64,000 nt of DNA from positions 9,424,001 through 9,488,000 of the forward strand of contig OZ024748.1 of assembly GCA_964016885.1 (NCBI GenBank). The letters are read 5' to 3'. The position numbers and the translations under genes are program-made. The notes below the pieces were generated by a model. That model was not told the DNA's origin, made no database searches, and saw nothing but the letters and a program-made list of their open reading frames with translations. This DNA comes from Eledone cirrhosa. Taxonomy: Eukaryota. Below, piece after piece: positions 40,721 through 53,374 of the stretch. Position 1 is the stretch's first letter, and each line of letters begins with the position of its first letter.

Positions 40721-42728
40721 GTGATTCAGTTAATTTTTTTAAATTGGTGTTGAATAATGACTTTTATAAATTAGTATGATGAGTGAACTCAAGCTATTTG
40801 GTATATAACCATTCCCTGTTACCCAAACCAACCATTCCCTGTTACCCAAACTCAGCATTCCCTGTTACCCAAACCAGAAATGTACTCAACACTCTACAAA
40901 TGAATTATTGTGTCAGCTAATGTGAATTTGATTTAATCACAGTCCCCTTAATGTTGTCAAATTACCTCCAATAACATTATCTGTAATAAATTAACTTATA
41001 TTAATATTACCATATGTGTGTGTATACACTTAACTATTTTTGTAAATTTCCAACAGAGTAATGGAAATATTAGCAACTTTAAGATAAGTATTTTAGATGA
41101 GATAATAATATATTCTAACAATACTAATGAGGTGTTCCCTTAGTAAATATCTTCAATTGCTAACTAAAACTAACTTAAAATAGTTGTAGTTAGTATTGAT
41201 AGCTTTGTTTCAGTTATATATATATATCAGTTCATTATAGCACTGTTAACGATGGTGTAAACCACAACATTCAGTACTCTATGCAAGACTTGGATTCTGA
41301 AGTAAAACAGTGTTGACCTGAGGGACTGTTACTCAATTCTTCTGTAAACTAGAAATAGGAGATGACTACAAACTGTTAGAGTATATTTTACAGTCTGAAT
41401 CACAGACTATAAAATATATTTTAAACTGAAAATGTTTAGTGATTATTGTAGCTGTATAAATGCTGTTGTGTTGCTTTTGAATGATAGGCTTGGAATAATT
41501 GTTTTTTTGATGACATATTCTTTAAATAATTGCTTCTTACATGTGTGTAAGGTAAAGGTAAACATGAAAACAGGGTTAGTTATATATTTTCAAAGATAAA
41601 ACTTTTAAATTAACATCTACAAATAAATTTAAAGAAAAGAAAAATATTATGTTAGTTTGATTAATGGATATCTCTGAGGATGGAGAATATTGATATATAG
41701 AACTTGCAGTAGTTACAGTTGAATCAGTATTACATAATGGCAGTTAAAAGAATCAACTTTTGTCAATGTAATCATTATTTATTATAAACCTTCTTATTTT
41801 CCTTTTAACTGTCTGTTGGTATATAATAATTATCAATAATAATATAGACTTCTTATAAAAACTGTTTATTTTTTATTGACAATGGACAAACCAATAGGAA
41901 TATGTCCTACACAGAACTAAATATTGCCAATAATGGCATCAATTTTCTGCATTTAGCATTTAATTCTTTTGATTTCTACTAATGTATGTTAGCATTGTCT
42001 TTAATTGCTTGTGCTTCCAATAAGGTTTAATTCTATCTAAAATATTGGTATAGCTCCAGTTATTGCATCAATCCTGCTTTTTTTTGCTTCTTTAAATTTT
42101 CTTGGCAGCCTAATTATCTTAGATTTGACATTTCTTCTGCTGTTTCCTTTTATCTAGCCAAGTTGTATTGAGTGATGAGAGGAACAACTTCAGATATTTT
42201 TTAATCAGAAACTGAGTTTAAAATCAAACAACCAAATATTATTTCTTCAACTTATTATTTCTGATGATGACTTGGGAAGAGAAAGTTAACATACAATATA
42301 TGTGTATATGTTTCTGCTCTTACCCACACCTGTACATAAACACACACACACATTTATATATATGTATATGTGTGTGTGGGTGTTTCTATTTCTGTTGTTC
42401 TTGATTCTTACTTTGAAAATATTTGTGTAAGAAAACAAAACAAACTTAATTGACTGAAAGGGGTTTATATTATTTCCTAATGAAGTCGTGAAGTGCATTG
42501 ATCTTAAAAAAAAGTGAGTTTGAAGTAACCAGCCTACCACAGGAGATTTCCCTATTCCACATGTAAACAAGTTGTATTTATTATTACAGTGAGGCAATCT
42601 GTTCTTTTGTCTTTAGCAGCTTAACCATTATCTGCATATATGAATGCTGCTTTGTGTATTGCATTTATCGTAACTGTATAAACGACCGATGTATGACAAC
42701 ATCATTTTTCCTCACTCCTCACTTTCAG

Positions 42729-42934
42729 GAACGAATGACAGCAATAAACAATGAAATGGTTAGCTTGAAGCAGAAACAAGATGAAATAAAATCTCAGCTC
42801 GTAGCTGCCAAAGATGCTGGTGATGCTGTTTCACTGCAGAAGTTACAAGGAACTCGCGATCTAATAACATCTCGACAGCTTCATCTTATGGCTGAGCAGA
42901 ATGAAATAATCAAAAAACAGCGCCGCTTTGAACG
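42729..42934 (+). CDS. NAB: NAB exon E: predicted coiled coil (ERMTAINNEMVSLKQKQDEIKSQL...EQNEIIKKQRRFE)
   Basis: Acceptor cctcactttcag, donor CG|gtatgt, phases 0/2, heptad-like helical sequence. Confidence 0.88.
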
Positions 42935-43773
42935 GTATGTTGTCGGCACATACTGAATTCTTACTTGTTCAGTCCCTTTAAAGCAGAAACCTGTGCAAAT
43001 TTACTGGTTATTTTTCTTGTTTCAACTTACTCATCGTTTCATATCTTTTCAAGTGGAAATCCTGTTTAAAACTGTTCCAAAAATATTCTATTAAAAAAAA
43101 TTTATGCTGATTTTTATTTCTTTTGAGAGGTTGGGTGGATTTAGTTTCAATAATTTGTTGATAATCTGTTCTTTGAAAAAGTTCTGGTGTTGTGCAAATG
43201 TTTTGTTCTGTTATTTTTCATCCTTCTAAAGGTTTTTGTTGTGCTGTTGTTGTTTTGTTGATGTTGCTGTTGTTTTTCACTAATTATTTCAGTTTAACCA
43301 CATGATGTGGTTTGTAACATATGATGCTTTAAGATACTAATTATCAGCAATGAGGTACTAATATTTATTGCTTATATTGAAATACTAACTCTAACCCACT
43401 AATATACATAATCAGTTTTGTTGCTTAAATCACCTCAGGTTTGGGTCCTTACTCCCTGTCAATATTTTTACAAGATTTAAAATAAGTCAAAATCAAGAGA
43501 TTCTTGTAAGGTTGTTATTGTGGTCATTCTTCATTGTTGTTTAGAATCAGTTTAAAACTACAATTTTTCTGTAGTTTAACTATTTATCAGGACCGAACAT
43601 TATAACTTGTGTATGTGAGAGTGTAAATATGTATGTATAAGTATAAACCAGAAAGTACTTTCTATTTTCATAAATGATTTATTTAAGGTTCTTGTAAAAC
43701 TATTAGATGGTTTGTTCCCTTTAAACAACCAAAATATTTGTTACAGATTCAAGCCAGTTGTTTCTTTATCTTA

Positions 43774-44018
43774 ATCACACAATCTGTTAGTCAGTCAAAT
43801 ATACACCGTCAAACTTAATGTTACAACATCACACAATCTGTCAGTCAAATATACACCGTCAAACTTAATGTTATAACATCACACAATCTGTTAGTCAGTC
43901 AAATATATACCGTCAAACTTAATGTTACAACATCACACAATCTGTCAGTCAAATATACACCATCAAACTTAATGTTATAACATCAAACAATCTGTTAGTC
44001 AGTCAAATATACACCGTC
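43774..44018. repeat. 54/50-bp alternating tandem repeat, about 4.7 copies
   Basis: atcacacaatctg[ttag]tcagtcaaatatacaccgtcaaacttaatgtta[c/t]aac. Confidence 0.9.
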
Positions 44019-44246
44019 TCCTCTGTCAAACTCAATCGAAATCTCTACCTTTCTTATAAAAATGTCATCTTATATCACTTTTTTCAAACTGCTGTGACTT
44101 ATCTTCCTCCAGAAATGATCAACACTTCATTTGAAATACTTATGACTGTTTTTTATCATTTATCAAATTTATATTTCAGTTTTAAAATGTTATTCTACAA
44201 CAATATTTGATATAGAAATTGTTTTATACTATTGAAGTCAATTTTA

Positions 44247-44372
44247 TTTAGGTTATATTATCCTGGTGAGGTGGTCTTATTAAAATAATTTAGGTTATAT
44301 TATCCTGGTGAGGTGGTCTTATTAAAATAATTTAGGCTATATTTTCCTGGTGAGGTAGGTCTTATCAAAATA
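44247..44372. repeat. 43-bp tandem repeat, 3 copies
   Basis: tttaggttatattatcctggtgaggtggtcttattaaaataa. Confidence 0.9.
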
Positions 44373-45574
44373 TATCAGAAAAGTATTAAATATACAGAAA
44401 CTCAGTAAAATATTTTACAATTTTAAAAAATATATATATTAATTTTGAACATGAAACTGACTAATTTTGTTTTTAATTCCTATTTTTTTACTTCATTGAA
44501 TAAATATGGAATTACTACTAATTAATCTGAGGTCAATAAAATAAGTAACAGTTATTTACTGTGGTTAAAGTTCTTCTCAATAACTTCCTGGTCAGTCTCT
44601 TTCTATAAGACAATATAAAAAATGTCTAGCAGGATCTCTCAAGAAAGGTTTATGGACAGTCATGCTAACAATAACATCTTTCTTAAACAAGATAAAATCT
44701 ACACAAAGTGAAGTAATAAATAGCTATTAGTGATGGTCTTAGCTCTGATACAGCCATAGATACTACAAAGAAAGTCTTACACTGAAGTAAAACTAGGTAG
44801 TGAATTACTAGAGTGGTTACAATGGCAACTAGAAGGCTTTCCGTTTTTTTGTTCTGGCTGGTTGTTCTCTGAGTTCCAATCCTGCCACGGTCAACTTATA
44901 AAAACAAACGTATCAGTCCAGTACTGGTGATAATTCTTCCTCTATATCTCTTTTTCATTTCCTCTCTATCACTCTTTCTCTCCTTCACTGAAAGATATCT
45001 GCTGAGTTCAGACCTGGAGATGGGCTCTGCCCAAGAAATGCAGTATGTCACTACAACGTCCCCATGATTCCAGGAGTTATGGGGAAGAACTAGCAAACTA
45101 CACTTCCTTCAAGTTCCAGTTTAACTTTCTGATGGAATGATGACAAAAATAAGATTTTTCATTAGAATCTCTATCTTTAGATAAATGCGGGGTCTGGTTT
45201 AAATTAATATCTGTTTGTATCGTCAATTTCAAAATATTCTTACTATATATATCTTTCAAAATATTCTTTATATCTTAAAATCGATAGTGAAATTAGGAAT
45301 CGATGTGTGCTGATGTAAGGGAGACTACTCTTTGACGCTAAAACAGCTGGTGCCTCTATACAAAACAACTACATGGATTGACTGTCACACTGCTAGACTT
45401 TAGACACTAGTCAGTAATATTTTTAAGTATTATAAGAACTAAAGGTATTTTTAATAAAAAGAGGGGAGTTAAACTTTTGTATTTCATATATATATATATA
45501 TATTTAAAAATATATAAACTTGTGTTGAATTGTGTATAATTTCAGTGGGGCAACTCTGTATTCTCTTTGTTTAG

Positions 45575-45639
45575 GTACCAGATGAAGAATGCCCGCTGTA
45601 GCAACAACGGCAAAGAATACAATGATGATGAAGCCACAG
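45575..45639 (+). CDS. NAB: NAB exon F (R-YQMKNARCSNNGKEYNDDEAT-D)
   Basis: Acceptor ttctctttgtttag, donor CAG|gtatga. Phase 2 in and 1 out, exactly what is needed to join exon E to the terminal exon. Confidence 0.85.
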
Positions 45640-46175
45640 GTATGAACGGCATTTGATTGCTTGCCTTTCTCTTTGAATTGATCTACAATCACATGTCAAA
45701 TGTCCGTGTAAAAACCATTATCTTATTCTTTTTATGCTTCCTTGGATCAAAACAAATTCATGTAAGCTTAGAATGCCTTTTTCACTTGATGTCTACTCTC
45801 AGACCATTGAAGAGATAACTATCAATTCTCATACCAGTATTATTCATTCATCTCATTTTATCTTCATTCTTTCTCTCTTGTTTATGCATTTATCCTTTTT
45901 TTTACTTGGTTTTCTATTTTCTGCTGTTTTTTTACTTTTGTTTTGTTTCTGTTTTAATTTTCTTCCTGTTGGCAGACATTTCTGTGATCCTTTCTTTCTT
46001 TGCCATTTTGTCTTATTCACTTCACAACAAATATTTTTTGTTTTTATTTAGCCTCCAATTAATTCTCCACAAAGTTCAACAAAATATATTTAAACAAGTC
46101 TCACTAATATCCTCAAGAATAATCTTTAGTATATTTGTCAACTTTCTAAAATGTTAGAAGAAATATACTCTTGTT

Positions 46176-46372
46176 TTTAACCCTTCTCATTACCATATTT
46201 ATAATGAAAGACACCGCCTATGTCTTTAACCCTTTCATTGAAAGACATTGCCTATGTCATTAACCCTTTCATTACCAAATTTCTAATGAAAATTCCAGTC
46301 TATGTCATTAACCCGTTCATTACCATATTTCTAATGAAAGACACTGTCTATGTCATCAACCCTTTCATTACT
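46176..46372. repeat. Degenerate ~48-bp tandem repeat (taaccctttcattaccatatttctaatgaaagacact..ctatgtca), 4-5 copies
   Basis: Direct reading. Confidence 0.75.
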
Positions 46373-46629
46373 ATTCTATTACTTGTTCAGGCCAACTTGC
46401 CTACAACTCCGTATGCAAATGAAGCTAATCAGCCCATATATATAAGAGTTAAAACTATGTTTGTGCCTATATTGAGTTCTAGCAGAAAGCAAGGTAGAGG
46501 GGTCCATTGCTTTGATAACGACCATATAAGTTAGAAACAGTTGTCAGTAATTTCCCCTTGCTTCTGCTGGAACTCACTAGGTGCCCCCCCCCCCCCCACT
46601 GCAGGGGGCCCAGGGCATTTGTCATGGGT

Positions 46630-46862
46630 TTATTGTGTCCTTGGGTAAGACACTTTATTTCAAGTTACTCCACTCCACTCACGTGATTTGAAAGGTCAGC
46701 CATACAACATGACTGTCTTACACCGAATCTCCCCAAGAACTACTTTAAGGAGACGTGTTTGTGGAATGCTCAGCCACTTGCAGTTTCACAAGCAAGTTGT
46801 TCCATTGGTTACAAAAAGGGATCACTCACCATCAGAACCGACAGAGCTCCAACAACAACAAC
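46630..46862 (+). mobile_element. SINE body (family of 17739/18189)
   Basis: ttgtgtccttgggtaagacactttatttcaagttactccactccactca...gtggaatgctcagccacttgca...(caa)n tail. Confidence 0.6.
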
Positions 46863-47032
46863 ATAAAAGTAATGTGTGTTTGTTATCTAATATTGACAAC
46901 TTTCTACCATTCAGTAAACTTGAGATGATACTGTAATATCTGTCCATATGTTATCCTACACCGGTGTTTATGTGAAGAATTCTTAGTTAAGTATTTAGCA
47001 GCTCATTTATGATCTTTCACCACCACCCCACC

Positions 47033-47068
<36 letters not shown>

Positions 47069-47639
47069 CATCACCACCACCACCACCCTCAATACTAAAT
47101 ATTGCTTCTCTTCTTCTGAACATTTCTTTGGCTCTTGGCACTAAACTTCCTGCTTCTCTTAATTTAATTGGTAATTTGATTGAGTCAATTAATTTTCTGC
47201 TTTCATTACTAATTATTTCAGTTATAATACACATTTACACATACACACACACTCACATAAACATACAGTAATGGAGAACAAAGCATACACAGACCTACAG
47301 ACATAGTCATATACATTCACACATCTAGACACATACACACACACACACTATGTAGTCCATTTTCTATGGATATTATATTAATTATAATTTTGCTGAAAAT
47401 CTGAAATTTCTGGATAATTCTCCTGAATTGTGTAACGAGGTATGAAGATAGAAACCAAACTTTTGTGGACTGATTTCTGGCACTAAATATAGTATATCTA
47501 CCAATATCTACTAATGTAGTATATCTACCAATGTAGTATATCTACCAATGTAGTATATCTACCAATATCTACTAATATAGTATATCTACCAATGTAGTAG
47601 ATATACCATGTTGGTATATGTTGGTACCACAACATCCAG

Positions 47640-47885
47640 CCCGAAACAAATGAGGTCGTGTAGGTGTCACGACAAAAAAACACACAGTCCACGCTGTAAT
47701 GTGGCCGTGTAGGCAACACGGTAAAAACCTCCCAGCCCCACACTGTAAATGTGGTTGGTGTTAGGAAGGGCATCCAGCTGTAGAAAACCCACCAGACAGT
47801 CCTATGCGAGCAAGACAACCACTCTTGCCTCAAGTGGGAAAACTCCCGTCCAAACCCATGCAAGCGTGGAATATGGACGTTAAAC

Positions 47886-47923
<38 letters not shown>
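47640..47923 (+). mobile_element. SINE with RTE-like tail and (GAT)n end, inserted in a 17-bp minisatellite
   Basis: gttggtgttaggaagggcatccagctgtagaaaacc...ccgtccaaacccatgcaagcgtggaatatggacgttaaac(gat)n; flanked both sides by ctaccaatgtagtatat units. Confidence 0.75.
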
Positions 47924-47924
<1 letters not shown>

Positions 47925-48331
47925 ACCGATATCTACTAATATAGTATATCTACCAATGTTGTATATCTACCAATTATAGTTTACTATAGAGTTAGACAGC
48001 AGTGGGTATTTGTGGAAGAAGCTCCCCTTGCCTTTCATCTGTACAATGTCAATTAAATAGTAGTACCAGTAATGCACTGGGGTTGGTTTAATCGACTATC
48101 CCCCTCCCCAAAATTGTTGGTCTAAATCTCAGTAACCATTATTTTACCTTTGACTCTATCAATTGATTCTGTTTAGATATTGAACTGTTGTTTACCAACT
48201 GATTGGTCTCTAACTATTGCTTACACCTGCTCTACATCTACTGCCTCCAGCACTCTATTTCTCACCACGTATCTTCAACTACAATAATCTTATTGATGTG
48301 AAAAACAACTTGATTTAACTCACCCCATCAC

Positions 48332-49482
48332 CCCAGTCCCCAAACAACACCATTACCAATGTCTGTTAGGTTCTGGGACCTCCCAGTCCCCAAACAACAC
48401 CATTACCAATGTCTGTTAGGTTCTGGGACCTCCCAGTCCCCAAACAACACCATTACCAATGCTTGTTAGGTTCTGGGACCTCCCAGTCCCCAAACAACAC
48501 CATTACCAATGTCTGTTAGGTTCTGGGACCTCCCAGTCCCCAAACAACACCATTACCAATGTCTGTTAGGTTCTGGGACCTCCCAGTCCCCAAACAACAC
48601 CATTACCAATGCTTGTTAGGTTCTGGGACCTCCCAGTCCCCAAACAACACCATTACCAATGTCTGTTAGGTTCTGGGACCTCCCAGTCCCCAAACAACAC
48701 CATTACCAATGTCTGTTAGGTTCTGGGACCTCCCAGTCCCCAAACAACACCATTACCAATGCTTGTTAGGTTCTGGGACCTCCCAGTCCCCAAACAACAC
48801 CATTACCAATGCTTGTTAGGTTCTGGGACCTCCCAGTCCCCAAACAACACCATTACCAATGCTTGTTAGGTTCTTGGACCTCCCAGTCCCCAAACAACAC
48901 CATTACCAATGCTTGTTAGGTTCTGGGACCTCCCAGTCCCCAAACAACACCATTACCAATGCTTGTTAGGTTCTTGGACCTCCCAGTCCCCAAACAACAC
49001 CATTACCAATGCTTGTTAGGTTCTGGGACCTCCCAGTCCCCAAACAACACCATTACCAATGCTTGTTAGGTTCTGGGACCTCCCAGTCCCCAAACAACAC
49101 CATTACCAATGCTTGTTAGGTTCTTGGACCTCCCAGTCCCCAAACAACACCATTACCAATGCTTGTTAGGTTCTGGGACCTCCCAGTCCCCAAACAACAC
49201 CATTACCAATGCTTGTTAGGTTCTTGGACCTCCCAGTCCCCAAACAACACCATTACCAATGCTTGTTAGGTTCTGGGACCTCCCAGTCCCCAAACAACAC
49301 CATTACCAATGTCTGTTAGGTTCTGGGACCTCCCAGTCCCCAAACAACACCATTACCAATGCTTGTTAGGTTCTGGGACCTCCCAGTCCCCAAACAACAC
49401 CATTACCAATGCTTGTTAGGTTCTGGGACCTCCCAGTCCCCAAACAACACCATTACCAATGCTTGTTAGGTTCTTGGACCTC
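48332..49482. repeat. 50-bp minisatellite, 23 copies
   Basis: cccagtccccaaacaacaccattaccaatg[tc/ct]tgttaggttct[g/t]ggacct, near-perfect. Confidence 0.97.
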
Positions 49483-50043
49483 TGGTTCCTCGATAAAACT
49501 ATCCTTGGCTGTGTTTGTCTGCCTTAATGTATAAATATAATATGTTTGCTCATCTTTCAATGTTATAAAAGTGTTTTCCTGCCATCTTTGCATGTGTTAA
49601 CCAATGTCTGAAGTAATAAGTTTTATCACTTCAAACTTCACTAATTAAATAATCAACATTTTCTCACATTATGTAATATGTCATAATTATCATCAAATTT
49701 TATATTGACATCTCACCTTTCTTCTCTCTCTCTCTCTCTCTCTCTCTCACACTACAGATACACAGACACAGGTGTGTGTGTGTGTATATATAACACTATA
49801 AATGTGGGTGTCTGTACTCCAGTATGTGTACTTGTGTGTGTGTGTGAAATATGAAGGATTTCAGTAATAAAGTAAAACTAAACTATCAATAGAGTTTCTT
49901 CCAACAAAATATTTCCATAATACAAATCAATTCCTCCTAATAAATATAGATCCTTAACTTCTGATGGAAGGTTCTGGCAATAGAATTAGTTAGAATTAAT
50001 CAGTTTAAGTTTTGAAGAGATGACAGAATAAATACCAACTGGT

Positions 50044-51163
50044 ATAGTTGTTATGTAACAATGGTTTGTTATATAACCAATATTTACAGACTCACATATA
50101 ATATAGATGTTATGTAGCAATGGTTCGTTATATAACCAATATTTACAGACTCACATATAATATAGTTGTTATGTAACAATGGTTCGTTATATAACCAATA
50201 TTTACAGACTCACATATAATATAGTTGTTATGTAACAATGGTTTGTTATATAACCAATATTTACAGACTCACATATAATATAGTTGTTATGTAACAATGG
50301 TTCGTTATATAACCAATATTTACAGACTCACATATAATATAGTTGTTATGTAACAATGGTTCGTTATATAACCAATATTTACAGACTCACATATAATATA
50401 GTTGTTATGTAACAATGGTTCGTTATATAACCAATATTTACAGACTCACATATAATATAGTTGTTATGTAACAATGGTTCGTTATATAACCAATATTTAC
50501 AGACTCACATATAATATAGTTGTTATGTAACAATGGTTCGTTATATAACCAATATTTACAGACTCACATATAATATAGTTGTTATGTAACAATGGTTCGT
50601 TATATAACCAATATTTACAGACTCACATATAATATAGATGTTATGTAGCAATGGTTCGTTATATAACCAATATTTACAGACTCACATATAATATAGATGT
50701 TATGTAGCAATGGTTCGTTATATAACCAATATTTACAGACTCACATATAATATAGATGTTATGTAGCAATGGTTCGTTATATAACCAATATTTACAGACT
50801 CACATATAATATAGATGTTATGTAGCAATGGTTCGTTATATAACCAATATTTACAGACTCACATATAATATAGATGTTATGTAGCAATGGTTCGTTATAT
50901 AACCAATATTTACAGACTCACATATAATATAGATGTTATGTAGCAATGGTTCGTTATATAACCAATATTTACAGACTCACATATAATATAGATGTTATGT
51001 AGCAATGGTTCGTTATATAACCAATATTTGCAGACTCACATATAATATAGATGTTATGTAGCAATGGTTCGTTATATAACCAATATTTACAGACTCACAT
51101 ATAATATAGTTGTTATGTGGCATTGTTACAATCTTGGTTCCTTTACAACCAATATTTACAGAC
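50044..51163. repeat. 59-bp minisatellite, about 19 copies
   Basis: atag[t/a]tgttatgta[a/g]caatggttcgttatataaccaatatttacagactcacatataat. Confidence 0.97.
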
Positions 51164-51626
51164 ATAAATTCATTCCTACATGTTATTCCTACACAAGCAA
51201 TGTTATGAGTTGTGTAACAAATGTCAGAGTAAGTTGTTGCTAAGGAAACTTGACAGTTTCTGGTACAACTTTATTACTAGGGAGGTTGATAGGGTTTATA
51301 AACGCAGAACTATAACCGTCTTACAACTTGTCTCTTCTGTAATTCTCAAATATTGCTAGCTATATAGTAACTGAGTATTATAGATTGTACAAAGTCAATG
51401 AGATGACATATTGGACCACTTCAGTATTGAGATGGTCTGTAGCAACATTTCCATATTTCATAGACCATCCCTGAAGCAAACATTTTCTCTGTTTGTGTTT
51501 GCCGTAATTCCTTTATTGATTAACTTATTATACAATCCACATCTGATGATTTGCCAGGATCTTATGTAAATATAAGACTTTAATGGAACATCACTGGTCC
51601 GGCCTGCTATGGTTTTAATCAAACTA

Positions 51627-51665
<39 letters not shown>

Positions 51666-52120
51666 AACGTCATCATCATTATTTTACATTTGCTTTTCCA
51701 TGCTTACATACATACATATACATACATATATGCACATACATACAAAATGATAATTTTTAGACGAGTTTAATCTAAATCCATTTGAATCTTATGGGGACGT
51801 AATAGTTTTTGTTTTAATATTTGTCAAACTTAAAACTTGATAGAATTCTAAATAACGTTAAAAGTCTGAAGTAGAGACATGTGATAGTTCCGTATGACAG
51901 GAGAACCTTCAAACTAATCTGTTATATTAGTCATCTATACAAGACGACTAATGTGGTTTTTAAGGCATCATATCGTTACATTGTTTATTGAATCCCTTCC
52001 AACATCACTGTTATCCTCTTTTTCTTTTACACTCTTTATTTGTCAGATCTTTTTTTCTGCGTGTTTGTTTTATAATCTGTTGTAGGATATTGACTATAGC
52101 TTGTATAATGTGTATGTGTA

Positions 52121-52170
<50 letters not shown>

Positions 52171-52173
52171 GAT

Positions 52174-52307
52174 ATATATATGTATATAGTTGTATAGTAT
52201 AGACTGTAGGTTGTATAATGTGTATGTGGGTGTGTGTATATATATATATACACACACACACACATACATACATATAAATATATATATGTAAAAAAAAAAT
52301 TAAAAAA

Positions 52308-52369
<62 letters not shown>

Positions 52370-52372
52370 GTG

Positions 52373-52441
<69 letters not shown>

Positions 52442-52531
52442 GTGTGTGTGTATATATATATATATATACACACACTCACATACACATTATACAACCTACA
52501 GTCTATACTATACAACTATATACATATATAT
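52174..52531. repeat. Long inverted repeat (arms 52174-52250 and 52455-52531, extendable inward)
   Basis: tgtatatagttgtatagtatagactgtaggttgtataatgtgtatgtgggtgtgtg versus cacacactcacatacacattatacaacctacagtctatactatacaactatataca. Confidence 0.92.
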
Positions 52532-52622
52532 TATATATATATATTGCTGCTGGTTTCTGCTATAAAAACATTTATTGTATTTTATTTGATTTCTTGTTGA
52601 TTTTTATTTTCTTGTTTTTCAG

Positions 52623-53374
52623 ATTCTTCCAATTTCCCGAGTGGTTGCTCCTCTCCACTTAATGACTCCCAGGATGGAGAAAGTTATTTTGATTTTACCA
52701 AAAGTGACTTATATACGGCAACTCAGAAAAATGCCAAGTTGGTGCAAGAAACCCTCTTTGATGAAGGTTTGCGTATCGCACAACAGTACGGCATGGCTGA
52801 TTTTGCAGAGCAGCTGAAAGAACTGCAACAGCAAAAACCTAAAAGTAACATTACAGGATATAAAAAATCCCTGAAGAGAAATATGAATGGTAACTGTAGT
52901 GGTCATAAAACTGTGATGAATGAAACAGATGATGATGTGATTGAAGATGACGATGAAGATGTCGTGATAGATGAGTATAATGACAATAACAACAACAATA
53001 GTTGTAGCAGCAGTAATAATAACAACAACAACAATAACATCAACAACAACAACAACAACAGCAGCAGAAACCATTCGTCTAGTGAAGAATTTGAAAATAC
53101 AAATAATGAAATACTTCCAAGAAAGAATGGAATTGATGAAAATGAGAGTGTGAAAAATAACCTAATTAAAAATAATATGATTGGTTATTATAACACACTG
53201 GAGAGCAAAGAGAGTTATAAAGAGGATAAACATGATTTAAGGGAAGAATCTATGGCAAATGACATGTTAATAAGAGACAGAAGAATGAAAGAAGGCAAAA
53301 AATACTGGAGTGGGCCTTTTGGGCATAATCTTATCCCAAATGGTGAGAATGGTAACCAGCAAATGGATGGTTAG
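52623..53374 (+). CDS. NAB: NAB terminal coding exon (SSNFPSGCSSP...LVQETLFDEGLRIAQQYGM...acidic and poly-Asn tracts...QQMDG*)
   Basis: Strong T-rich acceptor ending ttttcag at 52622; in frame with ORF 52739-53374. QETLFDEGLR resembles the vertebrate NAB2 C-terminal QQTLMDEGLR motif (from recall). Confidence 0.9.

Larger units (their letters stand above)
3323..53374 (+). other. NAB: NAB-family (NGFI-A-binding protein, EGR co-repressor) gene, 5'-partial; at least 7 coding exons in window
   Basis: Hand-spliced exons of 210+120+134+115+206+65+752 = 1602 nt join in one open frame with intron phases 0,0,2,0,2,1. The product contains the NCD2 signature [15 protein letters not shown]...[15 protein letters not shown]...[18 protein letters not shown]. 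Confidence 0.93.

Noticed and set aside
48332-51163. CRISPR-like 50- and 59-bp arrays
   Set aside because: Whole units are repeated and there are no variable spacers.
52709-53074. Antisense 121-aa Val-rich ORF
   Set aside because: Shadow of the poly-Asn/acidic coding exon.
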